42,208 nucleotides of DNA from an uncultured archaeon. Its GTDB lineage: Archaea; Asgardarchaeota; Thorarchaeia; Thorarchaeales; Thorarchaeaceae. The position numbers were made by a program, and so were the translations under genes. Below the pieces are notes generated by a model. That model saw nothing but the letters and a program-made list of their open reading frames with translations, was not told where the DNA came from and searched no databases. Shown piece after piece: positions 1-8,958 of this stretch (position 1 is the first letter of the stretch; every line of letters begins with the position of its first letter). The stretch lies in NCBI GenBank assembly GCA_964558645.1, contig CAZLEV010000020.1, forward strand, positions 5,170-47,377. Reading direction: 5' to 3'.

Positions 1-651
1 ACCACTTGGGGGACCACCACTTGGAGGAGCTACTGCAGATGGTTGTGGTTCTACAGGCTTGGCTTCACCCGGTACGCCAACGCTCGGGGGGCCGCCCTCG
101 TCTGCTTCAACGGCCTTACCCGACATAGCTTCAAGTTTACGCAGATAATCAGATCTTGCTCGATCAACCGCGGATGAAGAGTCAAGCATCTCCTTGAATT
201 GTTCATCCCTCGCAATAGCCGCACGCACTGCCTCCATCCTTTGCTGATATGTAGACACAAGGTTTTGCCTCATATCTTCATTCAAATCCTCCAAGTCTGA
301 GTAGTACTGGATTGCTGCTAAGGCCTGCTGTACAGCATTCTCTTCGATTTTCAAGAAGATAAGAGCGTCTGAGGGGTTTTTGATGTAGCTCAGTTTCTTG
401 GCTCCAGAGATGCCGCTCGAAACATCTCCAGTTGATGCAATGATTCGTTGAATGCCAATCGCTACATCATCTCGTGTTGAGGTTCGCCTACGTACTACCA
501 ATACAAGTATGATGACCAATAGCGGTACGACCGTCAAGACATAGAACCACGCAATCGGGCCAAATGGTATTCCCAAAGGCTGGAAGATATCTGACATGGA
601 ACGGAATAGATCGAAGATGAGTCGCGTGAAATCGGTGTAAGGGGTCTGCAA
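1..651 (-). CDS. Membrane-anchored helical protein with Pro/Gly-rich repeat region (partial, runs off window)
   Basis: Hand-translated, absent from ORF track: TTG at 651 preceded by GGTGA; open to position 1. TM segment AWFYVLTVVPLLVIILVLVV followed by RRR, helical region, then EGGPPSVGVPG...APPSGGPPSG. Confidence 0.8.
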   Translation of the reverse strand, partial: MQTPYTDFTRLIFDLFRSMSDIFQPLGIPFGPIAWFYVLTVVPLLVIILVLVVRRRTSTRDDVAIGIQRIIASTGDVSSGISGAKKLSYIKNPSDALIFLKIEENAVQQALAAIQYYSDLEDLNEDMRQNLVSTYQQRMEAVRAAIARDEQFKEMLDSSSAVDRARSDYLRKLEAMSGKAVEADEGGPPSVGVPGEAKPVEPQPSAVAPPSGGPPSG

Positions 652-849
652 TTGGTATCACCTAGTAGTACATATCGACACAGATGCAAGCTTATGTGCG
701 GTATTTTAGCTTTCTCGTGGGTATTTTATTTTGTATCACGTGGGTGTGACACAGATAGGGTCGTTTAGTGGGTTGTGGTTGACCCCTATGTTCGCACGAG
801 TACTCATAAACATGTGTGTGATGCCACTACTAACGAATCACCGAGAGAA

Positions 850-862
850 TAGCTTTTAAGGT
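850..862 (+). promoter_or_regulatory. TATA-box promoter of tRNA-Thr
   Basis: TTTTAAG at 854-860, about 30 nt upstream of the tRNA 5' end at 890. Confidence 0.5.
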
Positions 863-889
863 CAACACTGGCTCAGTTGCTTCAGAAGT

Positions 890-1022
890 GCCCCAGTAGC
901 AAAGCGGCCTGCTGTAGCTTCTTGCTACAGGCCGACACTGCGCCTGACTTGTATGTCAGGAAGCTACTAGTCCTGATCACGAAATCAGGAGATCGCGAGT
1001 TCAAATCTCGCCTGGGGCTCCA
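890..1022 (+). tRNA. tRNA-Thr(UGU) with two BHB introns (911-936 at 20b/21; 954-983 at 37/38)
   Basis: Acceptor GCCCCAG/CTGGGGC, U73, encoded CCA; anticodon stem CCTGA/TCAGG with TGT at 950-952; T-loop TTCAAAT. D-loop intron has a perfect BHB (CGGC/GCCG helix, CTGTAGC/GCTACAG intron stem). Confidence 0.9.
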
Positions 1023-1057
1023 TTATCTCTGGGGTCGAAGTGTCACTATTTCTACTG

Positions 1058-2287
1058 TTATGCTTTTGAGTTCATTCGCTTTGCAGCGGTTTCGAGTGCT
1101 TCTATGAGGGGCAATTTCTTGCCTGTCATGAAGTCCATAGCAGCGCCACCACCTGTACTGATGTGAGTGATTTCATTAGCAAGGTTCATGTTTTCGGCCA
1201 TTGCACCAAGGTGGCCTCCACCAACTACGGTGATACATTCGCATTCAGCCATTGCTTGTAGCACAGCAATGGTTCCGTGGGCAAATTGCTCCTTTTCGAA
1301 GTAGCCCATAGGACCGTTTGCAAAAGCTATACCCGCTTTGCTTATGCGCTTGGTGAAGGCCTCTGTGGTCCTTGGGCCAATATCATAGAGTGGATCACCA
1401 CCTGTTTCATCAAATTCGCACTCTACACGATTGCCATTTCGCTCGACTGCTGCATCAATCGGAAGTTGAATTGCGTTCTGATATTCCGAGAGAAGATTCT
1501 TGGCTATTTGTATCAAGGACTTGTAGTCCTTTATTGGTTCGGCATAGTGCAGTGGAATCTTGCCTGCGGCGACTAAGAATAGGTTCCCGATAAGGCCTCC
1601 AACTAGAACGGCATCAGCCCGCCCGGTTTCCAGAAGTGTATTGACAATCTTCAGTTTATCAGCGACTTTGCTGCCCCCCAGAACAAGAATCCAAGGATGC
1701 TTCTTCGATGACAGAACCTCTGATAAGGTTCGTATTTCCTCTTCCATCAGCCGGCCTGCAACCGAGGGAAGATAAGGTGTGAACCCTACGACGGAGGCCT
1801 GAGAACGATGTGCAGCCCCAAATGCATCGTTGACAAAGAGGTCAAAGAGTGGATATAACTCCTGTACGATTGGTTCCTGAGAAACCTCCTTGATAGGGGC
1901 CTTCTTCATCTCTCCATCGAACATCCTGACATTTTGGAGAACGAGGATTTCGCCGATGTTGACCTTTTGAATTGCATCCTTTGCAGCATGCCCGAAGATG
2001 TCGTCAATGAATCGAGCATCGAGGCCAAGGTTTCTCAGAATTCTGGTATGTTGCTCTAATGATATGAAGTCGTCACTGCCGGGACGTCCTTGGTGGGCCA
2101 TAAGGACAACCTTGCTTTTTCGCAGCTCTTCTAGAGTTGGAACTGCTGCTTTGATTCTCGAATCGTCAGTGATCTCTTTAGTGTCGGGATTCACGGAGCA
2201 ATTCATGTCAACACGAACGAGAATTCGCTTTCCCTCATATTGTACGTCATCGAGTGTCTTGAAGGGGAGGTTCATTTCGTCACACAT
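1058..2287 (-). CDS. pgk: Phosphoglycerate kinase
   Basis: Motifs LVRVDMN, HQGRPG, NDAFGAAHRS, LGGSKV, NGPMG, STGGGA. Confidence 0.96.
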   Translation of the reverse strand: MCDEMNLPFKTLDDVQYEGKRILVRVDMNCSVNPDTKEITDDSRIKAAVPTLEELRKSKVVLMAHQGRPGSDDFISLEQHTRILRNLGLDARFIDDIFGHAAKDAIQKVNIGEILVLQNVRMFDGEMKKAPIKEVSQEPIVQELYPLFDLFVNDAFGAAHRSQASVVGFTPYLPSVAGRLMEEEIRTLSEVLSSKKHPWILVLGGSKVADKLKIVNTLLETGRADAVLVGGLIGNLFLVAAGKIPLHYAEPIKDYKSLIQIAKNLLSEYQNAIQLPIDAAVERNGNRVECEFDETGGDPLYDIGPRTTEAFTKRISKAGIAFANGPMGYFEKEQFAHGTIAVLQAMAECECITVVGGGHLGAMAENMNLANEITHISTGGGAAMDFMTGKKLPLIEALETAAKRMNSKA

Positions 2288-2473
2288 TCCTCATCATAAC
2301 TGTGTGATAGCCATTGTGATGATGCATTGGAATTGTAATGGTGCCTACACAAAAACCTACCTGCTTAGAAACAACTTGATTTCAGACTGCAAATCCGCAT
2401 CCTGTTATACTCACGATAGGAGTACCTTCTCAATGACAGAAGATAGATTGACGGATTCTTTGTGAAGACAGAG

Positions 2474-2638
2474 TGGTGCCGCAGGAGGGCACCTCGCACC
2501 ATCACCAAGAAGTGATAATGATTCGATCCCTCGACTTCGAGATGCCTCATTAGGCGCGGTCTCAATGACCCCGATTGGTTCTTGGGAATCCCAAGAAGAT
2601 TATGAGTCTCGCGCCCCACCAGGCTAGGCTACTGCGGC
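2474..2638 (-). tRNA. tRNA-Met(CAU), elongator type, two introns (2544-2600 at 37/38; 2491-2521 at 59/60)
   Basis: Reverse strand GCCGCAG...CTGCGGC-A-CCA; anticodon stem CGAGA/TCTCG, CAT at 2604-2602; BHB helix CTCA/TGAG; T-loop intron stem CATTATCAC/GTGATGGTG. Confidence 0.87.
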
Positions 2639-2778
2639 AGGTTAGAACTCATCTTGAAGTCTAGCAAGCAAGCACACCGGATTTCTCTAATTAAGGTTGT
2701 CCTCGGGTCGGAGAAGCTAATTCCTTGGATTTGGAGTTTGCATCAGACATTCCTAGTCTGAGATTGCATCTCTCGTGG

Positions 2779-4698
2779 TCATGGCATTCTTAATATTCGT
2801 TGGACTTCTTTCTCTAGCATTTCCTTTACTTTCTTGCCATCAGCCTTTCCTTTTAGCTCTTTCATGGCAATCCCCATCAACCCACCAACGGAGTGTTCTC
2901 CCTGTTCCTGAATGAAGTCACTTCGATCCTTTACAATTCTCTGGATGATTGTACGGATCTCTCGGTCTGCAGCTACCTCAAGGTCCAGAGCGCTGATTAT
3001 GTCGGCTAGATTGCGTTCAGGATCTTCTGCTAGATGTGGGAGAATCTCCGGTAGAGCTTCTGCTGAGATTTTTTCAGCCTGTATTGCATGGAATATCTCT
3101 ACAAGCAGATCTCCACTGATATTCTCAACAGGAACGCCTTCGCGGTTAAGGCTCACTAGTGTGTTTTCCAAGGTAACAGCAACTAAGGTCGGAGAAATAT
3201 CTGTTTCATCTACTACTCTCTCAAAGATGTCGAGATTCGGGGACCGTACAATGAGAGAAGCAAGCTCTTCACTTAGTCCAAGTGTTTCAACGAAGCGCTT
3301 CCTCTTTGCCTTGAGAGATTCTGGCATGTTAGAAGTAATACGCTTGTGTCGTGAATTCGTAATCTTGACGGGACGTACATCTGTTTCGGGGTACATCCGT
3401 TCTGCACCTGGACGGGGACGAGCATACCGAGTTGCACCATTTGGTAGTGGAGTGCGTGTTTCCGCGGGTACACCCTCCATTGCTCTCTTAGCGCGGTCCA
3501 ACACAGCAGTGAGGCTGTCCACTCCGCTATCTTCGTCTGCGACCACGAAGACTACTGCATCTTGAGATTTGGCTGATACCGCGTTTCTTAGATCTTCAAC
3601 CTCGTCCGTGGAGATTCCATATCCGGGTAGTTCGTCGGTGTGAAAGATTCCTCCTACTTGTCCCCAGAATTTCGCGTAGTCTGAGAATTCTGTTCCGAGT
3701 CGCCTCTCTGGCTGAATCTCTTGTCCTAACAAACCAGCGAATCCTGGCAGACAGATAGCATATACACCATTACCTTGTTGGAGGGCCCGTTTGATGATTT
3801 TTGACTCCGATTCCTGGAACACCGATGAAACATTGGTGATTTTCTCTCTGATATCTCCAGATTCGATTCCTCTCTCTTTGACTCTACTGGCAATCTCTAG
3901 GAGATTCTTTTGTCGCAGGGCTTCATTTTCAACAATGCTGGCAAGCATGTCAAGTTGCTGAAGACCCTTAATCTCGGTTATTGCTCCCCCTTCTATCGAT
4001 ACATTGACATCCTGTCTGATACTTCCAAGTCCCCTCTTCGCTTTCTTTGTGGACCTCAACAAGAGACCGATGCTGAGTGCGACTTCTTGTGCTTCTTGCG
4101 GTGAGGAGATATCAGGTGCCGTTGCAATCTCGATGAGAGGGATTCCTAGCCTGTCGAGACGGTAGGTACGTATATTCTTCTTTTCATCATCATCTATCTT
4201 ACGTGCAGCGTCCTCTTCAAGACAAATTGTCTGAATGCCGATTGGTTTGCCATTGACTACTATGCTGCCCCCCATGGCTATGACAGCAGTCCTTTGAAAT
4301 CCCGTCGTGTTGCTACCGTCAATCACTATCTTTCTCATCGGGTGAATCTCGTCCATCACATCCGAATCCAAGAAATGAGCCATTATCAACGAAATATCTA
4401 CTGACTCTTCATCAATCTCGTGGGGTGGTTCTTCATCTGCTTCGACCAAGCAGGTCGTAGCATTGTAATACTCGTAATAGAAAAGCTTCTTCCGCTGGAA
4501 TTCAAAGAGCGCCGCGGGATCGATTTCTCCGAGCTCGCTCTGTGTAGGTCGCAGGCGTCGTAAGAATCCGCCATCTGGTTCATCATCACGTATCTCTGTT
4601 GGGCAATGGCAGAATAGCTTCCTTGCAGTGTTAAGTTGCTGGTGGATTTCAAGTCCAACTTTCAACCCCAGCTTCTTGAAATCGAGGGAGTCGGCCAT
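2779..4698 (-). CDS. gatE: Glu-tRNA(Gln) amidotransferase subunit E
   Basis: GLEIHQQL, DEEPPH, IDGSNTTGFQRT, LEEDAA, RMYPETD; adjacent to gatD. Confidence 0.97.
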   Translation of the reverse strand: MADSLDFKKLGLKVGLEIHQQLNTARKLFCHCPTEIRDDEPDGGFLRRLRPTQSELGEIDPAALFEFQRKKLFYYEYYNATTCLVEADEEPPHEIDEESVDISLIMAHFLDSDVMDEIHPMRKIVIDGSNTTGFQRTAVIAMGGSIVVNGKPIGIQTICLEEDAARKIDDDEKKNIRTYRLDRLGIPLIEIATAPDISSPQEAQEVALSIGLLLRSTKKAKRGLGSIRQDVNVSIEGGAITEIKGLQQLDMLASIVENEALRQKNLLEIASRVKERGIESGDIREKITNVSSVFQESESKIIKRALQQGNGVYAICLPGFAGLLGQEIQPERRLGTEFSDYAKFWGQVGGIFHTDELPGYGISTDEVEDLRNAVSAKSQDAVVFVVADEDSGVDSLTAVLDRAKRAMEGVPAETRTPLPNGATRYARPRPGAERMYPETDVRPVKITNSRHKRITSNMPESLKAKRKRFVETLGLSEELASLIVRSPNLDIFERVVDETDISPTLVAVTLENTLVSLNREGVPVENISGDLLVEIFHAIQAEKISAEALPEILPHLAEDPERNLADIISALDLEVAADREIRTIIQRIVKDRSDFIQEQGEHSVGGLMGIAMKELKGKADGKKVKEMLEKEVQRILRMP

Positions 4699-4699
4699 T

Positions 4700-6052
4700 T
4701 CAGATGGCCTCCTCTGGAGACGGATATTCTTGCATTTCAGAGCGCATTTCTATCTCGCCCACCTGAGATACAGTCATCAGCTTCTTCACTTTTTCAGACG
4801 ACTTCTCATTGGCCAGTAGCCACATGAGTTTCACCAAGGCGGTCTCGGCCAGTGTGTCTTGGAGAGGAATGACACCCCTCTCGAGAAGCTCTACGCCGGA
4901 ACGATATACGTCCATATTGACACGCCCCCAGATGCATTGCGATGTCATACCAACAACTAATCCTTCATCAATGGCGCTCCGTATTGCAGGATACAGACCG
5001 CGAGGGGCATGACCTAAGCCTGAGCCTTCTAGAATCAGGCCCTTATTTCCTGTGGAAGTTACACTCTCAATCAGACTTGGCTGTATCCCCGGGTATGTCT
5101 TTAGAAGAACGACCTTCTCCTCGAATCTCGGCTTCACTCTGAGTGCCCTCTCCTTATCGCGGCGAAAGAGGGGGGAAGAGAGCTCCATAATCTGGGGAGG
5201 CTCAATCCGATAGAGGGGCCTACTGTTGATGGAACGGAAGGCATCACGACGACTGCTGTGGCATTTGCGTACTCGAGTGCCTCGATGTGCAAGGAGAGCT
5301 ATGTCGTCGGTCTGCCCATGCATCACCGCCATGACTTCTGCTACATCTGCATTACCAACCAGATCAATGGCACCTGTAAGATTGAGTGCCGCATCTGATG
5401 AGGGTCTGTCCGAAGATCTCTGTGAACCTACAAGAGCTATGGGTATGGGGAGATCTTGTAGTGCGAAGGATAGTGCTGCTGCTGTAAAGGCGAGCGTATC
5501 CGTTCCGTGTGCAATTACGACACCATCAACTCCTGCACGTATTTCCTTGGCCACAGCTCTCGTAATCTTTGACCAGTCGGATGGATAGATATTCTCAGAG
5601 AGGCGGCTCATGATGACTTTGGCTCTGATGTTGGCTCTTTCTCCTAGTTCTGGAACGGAATCATGCAGGTCCTGTGCAGACAATGCGGGGTTTACTGCAC
5701 CAGTCTGATAGTCAACTTTGCTTGCAATAGTTCCGCCAGTGCTCAGTATTGAAACAGTGGGCAATCCTTTCTTGTGTTCGGGCTGAATTGTATCATGATT
5801 GTGCCTTTCTTTTGCTTTCTTAGTCTGATGAATTGAAGCACATTTGTTTATCCGGATACCCATATTGTATCCGCTATCTAGTTTTATGACGATGTGTTCC
5901 GGGTCGCTCCCGATTTGTGCCCGGGGCATGAGTATACCAGTAACATCCCTGCTATCAGTGACAACCCTGACGGTATCTCCAACTCTTGCGTTTGCCTGTT
6001 GCAGTTTTTTCAGAACAATACCATCATATCCGGAACTCTCTAATCCTGACAT
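4700..6052 (-). CDS. gatD: Glu-tRNA(Gln) amidotransferase subunit D
   Basis: KLDSGYN N-domain, STGGTIAS, HGTDT, GSQRSSDRPSSD. Confidence 0.97.
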   Translation of the reverse strand: MSGLESSGYDGIVLKKLQQANARVGDTVRVVTDSRDVTGILMPRAQIGSDPEHIVIKLDSGYNMGIRINKCASIHQTKKAKERHNHDTIQPEHKKGLPTVSILSTGGTIASKVDYQTGAVNPALSAQDLHDSVPELGERANIRAKVIMSRLSENIYPSDWSKITRAVAKEIRAGVDGVVIAHGTDTLAFTAAALSFALQDLPIPIALVGSQRSSDRPSSDAALNLTGAIDLVGNADVAEVMAVMHGQTDDIALLAHRGTRVRKCHSSRRDAFRSINSRPLYRIEPPQIMELSSPLFRRDKERALRVKPRFEEKVVLLKTYPGIQPSLIESVTSTGNKGLILEGSGLGHAPRGLYPAIRSAIDEGLVVGMTSQCIWGRVNMDVYRSGVELLERGVIPLQDTLAETALVKLMWLLANEKSSEKVKKLMTVSQVGEIEMRSEMQEYPSPEEAI

Positions 6053-6137
6053 ATATCATACGCCTCGGGGGATGTCAAGCCGATTGCAGTTGGACTTGGA
6101 CATAAATGTTCGCCAATTGGTGAAATGAGCTGTTGCA

Positions 6138-6482
6138 TCATATTACATTCAAAGAGACTAACAAACCAACCATAATGAAGACAATCTCTGCGATAATCTG
6201 GGCATTCCTAGTAGGAAGGTTTTCTGTCTTCCTGTTTCCCACAGATGCACTTGTTCCATTACATACTGGACATGCTCCTTGGATTATCACGGTACTCGGA
6301 TGAGTTTCCGTCCGGATTCTATGGATGTTCGTGTGCAGACTCATGACTACGAAAAGAGTGCCTGATATGTGCAAGATGGCTTGGATTGGTAGTACGGATG
6401 AAAGGACTGCAGAAACAGTGGTTGCTAGACCCAAAGCGATACCTAGCGCTGGAGTTATTGAAAGGAGGTTTGGTATACGCAC
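6138..6482 (-). CDS. Small membrane protein with a single CPVC motif
   Basis: Three hydrophobic segments; fills the gap between co-oriented genes. Confidence 0.5.
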   Translation of the reverse strand: MRIPNLLSITPALGIALGLATTVSAVLSSVLPIQAILHISGTLFVVMSLHTNIHRIRTETHPSTVIIQGACPVCNGTSASVGNRKTENLPTRNAQIIAEIVFIMVGLLVSLNVI

Positions 6483-6531
6483 TATGCTAGTAGCTTTGGT
6501 ACCTCGTGATACTAAAGAACGGTCTGCCAGC

Positions 6532-7845
6532 TCATTTTAAGAGATGCTTTGATTGCATCTCTTTCGTCAGACCATTCTCCTTGATTATGTCCCTAAAGAG
6601 ATAGGCACTCTCTCTGGGAATGCGTTCAAGCGTGTCATAATCGACTTCGATCAGGCCAAAATGGCTCTCAAATCCCTGAGCCCATTCAAAGTTGTCAGTA
6701 AGAGACCATACTAGGTAGCCTCTGATGTCAACCCCTTCTTGAATGGCGCGATGGACCTGTTGAAGATGTCGTAGGATATACCTGCAACGAAGACTGTCGT
6801 CTTGCGTACCAATACCATTCTCTGTGAGAAAGAGTGGGGTCCTATACTTCTGCCAGTACGATTTCAGTACGTGATAATATCCTTCAGGATACACTTCCCA
6901 GTCCAACCCCTCGCAACGTTCAAGCTTCGGGTCCTTCGGAGGAGCCTCGCCAGCCATGATATCGTACTCGGAAGAAACCACTATTCGGCTATAGTAATTG
7001 ACGCCAATGAAATCAGCAGAATCATCAAGTAGATCATATCTGCTTCCATCGCCAGCGGGCTCAGGAATGGTCGAGGTCATCACGCCCCGAATCCAGATAT
7101 GATTATACAGATCGTCCAAATAGTTTGCCAACTCCACATCATCATCATTCTCAGGGTCATGGGGCATGAAATATGAACAGCTGAGTACTGGTGCAATCTG
7201 TGGTTGTTCAATCCCTTTTGACTCATGCACCTTGCGGATTTCAGTAGCAGCATGTCCATGTGCCTTCAACAGGTTCCCGGCTACGAGTAGCCCCTTTGCA
7301 TAGTCCTTCAGACCCGGTGGGAATTCGCCATATAGATACCCCATCGCGACAACGACCATAGGTTCATTGATTGTGTTCCAGATGATGTCATAGTCTGATA
7401 AAGCATCGACAATCCTCCGAGTATATCTCCCGAATATCTCCGGACTCTCAGCATTCAGCCACCCACCCATATCACGGAACCAGAGGGGATTTGTGAAATG
7501 GTGGAGAGTCACCATTGGTTGGATATCACGATCGATGAGTGATTGTACAACCTTCCGATAGTGCTCTATCTCTCGCTCATCCCACTTCTCCGGACGTGGC
7601 TCTATGCGACTCCATTCGATGGAGAACCGATGGACTTGGTGGCCAAATTCCTTCGCCAAATCAAAGTCCTCTTCATAACGATTATAGTGATCACAAGCAA
7701 TCTCTGAGTCTTTGCCGTCTCGTATCTTTCCAGGTATCTTCTCCCATTCGCGCCAATCGTTTCTATTACCCCCCTCTGTCTGATGAGAGGAGGCAGCGCT
7801 GCCCCACAGGAAGCCTTCAGGAAACTCTAGGTTTCTATAGATCAT
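6532..7845 (-). CDS. Glycoside hydrolase family 1 (beta-glucosidase/beta-galactosidase)
   Basis: FPEGFLWG, RFSIEWSRIEP, catalytic TINEP and LTENG, DNFEWAQG. True start taken as ATG 7845 (GGAG upstream) because the longer ORF overlaps tRNA-Leu. Confidence 0.95.
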   Translation of the reverse strand: MIYRNLEFPEGFLWGSAASSHQTEGGNRNDWREWEKIPGKIRDGKDSEIACDHYNRYEEDFDLAKEFGHQVHRFSIEWSRIEPRPEKWDEREIEHYRKVVQSLIDRDIQPMVTLHHFTNPLWFRDMGGWLNAESPEIFGRYTRRIVDALSDYDIIWNTINEPMVVVAMGYLYGEFPPGLKDYAKGLLVAGNLLKAHGHAATEIRKVHESKGIEQPQIAPVLSCSYFMPHDPENDDDVELANYLDDLYNHIWIRGVMTSTIPEPAGDGSRYDLLDDSADFIGVNYYSRIVVSSEYDIMAGEAPPKDPKLERCEGLDWEVYPEGYYHVLKSYWQKYRTPLFLTENGIGTQDDSLRCRYILRHLQQVHRAIQEGVDIRGYLVWSLTDNFEWAQGFESHFGLIEVDYDTLERIPRESAYLFRDIIKENGLTKEMQSKHLLK

Positions 7846-7895
7846 GGTTGTTCTCTCCAAGTATTCAGTCTTTTTCTTTTCATTGGAGCTGCTGA

Positions 7896-8015
7896 TGGTG
7901 CGGGAGGAGGGATTCGAACCCTCGGACTCCTTCGAGAGCGGATGACTCATTCCTTGACCCCGTAGTTCATCAGATCTTAAGTCCGCCGCCTTTGACCGGG
8001 CTTGGCAACTCCCGC
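7896..8015 (-). tRNA. tRNA-Leu(UAA) with 32-nt intron at 37/38 (7944-7975)
   Basis: GCGGGAG/CTCCCGC-A-CCA; GCGGA-CTTAAG|A-TCCGC; long variable arm; BHB helix CTTA/TGAG. Confidence 0.92.
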
Positions 8016-8093
8016 ATGAATAACCTATTGCACCTGTACTCCACATGTGCGCTCTTCAAAGTTGTGAGAGCAGATGGAAGGGTCCATACTGGA

Positions 8094-8199
8094 TGGTGGG
8101 GCGGGCCGGATTTGAACCAGCGACCGTCGAGAACAGCGAGAATCTCGTCTGTTTTCTCGGTGTAAGCGAGACATCATAGCCGAGCTAGACTACCGCCCC
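8094..8199 (-). tRNA. tRNA-Val(UAC) with approx. 28-nt intron in the variable loop (44/45; 8126-8153)
   Basis: GGGGCGG/CCGCCCC-A-CCA; TCTCG-CTTACAC-CGAGA; relaxed BHB with CGAG/CTCG helix. Confidence 0.88.
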
Positions 8200-8280
8200 G
8201 GAAGGAGGATGGCCAGTATCTCATCAAGAACGGACTCATCTTCCGAAGTGTGGAGATGATGTATCCAATAAAAGAATTCC

Positions 8281-8958
8281 CTAGTGACGCCGTGCAATCA
8301 TGTGAAATTCGTGCTTGGAGTCGGATAGTACAAGTGCCTTGATATCTGAGAATCCGATTTCAGCCAATTCTGAGCGTATCTGCTTAGCAGAATGCTGATG
8401 GAAGTCCATCTTGATAGCTAGGACGAGCCAACCAGCATTCTTCAAGAGATGGGCATATCCTTGTGCCAGCCGAAGTGTTCCATCTGAATTCGTGGTCACA
8501 TCAATCAGCAATGCGTCAACCTCACCCTCAGAGTATACGGCCTTCGGGTCGATTGAGAATGCATCACCAATTATGATAGAAATGTTATCGTATTGCTTGG
8601 CAATCGTAAGTAGATTCTCTGCAAACCTATCTGAAATCTCGATTCCTATGCAGTTTGCTCCAATTCTTGAGCAATACAGAAGAAAGCCCCCAGCTGAGCT
8701 TCCAACGTCCAGAACCATGGCCCCCTCTTGAATTATCCCTGACCCAAAGCTCTCATTGATTCGCTTCAGTTTCTCGAATCCGACGGGATAGTCCAGAGGT
8801 TCAGAAAGAATTGTGACAGAATCGCTATCATCTATGTTTGTTGAGGGCTTGGCAGGTTGCCCATTTACTATGATATAGCCGGAGTTGATTCCTCTCTTTG
8901 CAGTCTGTCTAGACGAGAAATGACCCTCTTTTACCAACCATCGGTCAAGCCTTGTCAT
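8281..8958 (-). CDS. TlyA-like S4-domain rRNA methyltransferase (FtsJ fold)
   Basis: RLDRWLV...SRQTAK S4 domain; LDVGSSAGGF SAM motif; start at MTRLD (8958). Confidence 0.85.
   Translation of the reverse strand: MTRLDRWLVKEGHFSSRQTAKRGINSGYIIVNGQPAKPSTNIDDSDSVTILSEPLDYPVGFEKLKRINESFGSGIIQEGAMVLDVGSSAGGFLLYCSRIGANCIGIEISDRFAENLLTIAKQYDNISIIIGDAFSIDPKAVYSEGEVDALLIDVTTNSDGTLRLAQGYAHLLKNAGWLVLAIKMDFHQHSAKQIRSELAEIGFSDIKALVLSDSKHEFHMIARRH

Noticed and set aside
51-260. 69-aa minus-strand ORF in the track
   Set aside because: Alternative frame inside the longer 1-651 gene.
877-1107. 76-aa ORF (likewise 2365-2619, 41643-41888, 41776-42069)
   Set aside because: Spurious frames over tRNA genes.
2579-2597. 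Nested intron suggested by the TTCTTGGGA-T-TCCCAAGAA palindrome in the Met intron
   Set aside because: No BHB central helix could be formed around it.
2912-3565. 217-aa antisense ORF (and 15492-16016)
   Set aside because: Shadow of well-supported genes on the opposite strand; no motifs.
4465-4480. GTAATAC-TC-GTAATAG doublet in gatE
   Set aside because: Isolated and explainable by Tyr codons (YYEYY); treated as background.
6138-7895. tRNA-integrated mobile island downstream of tRNA-Leu
   Set aside because: No integrase and no duplicated tRNA 3' end seen.
7846-8046. N-terminal extension of the GH1 ORF
   Set aside because: Overlaps tRNA-Leu; the GH1 fold begins at MIYRNLEFP with its own RBS.
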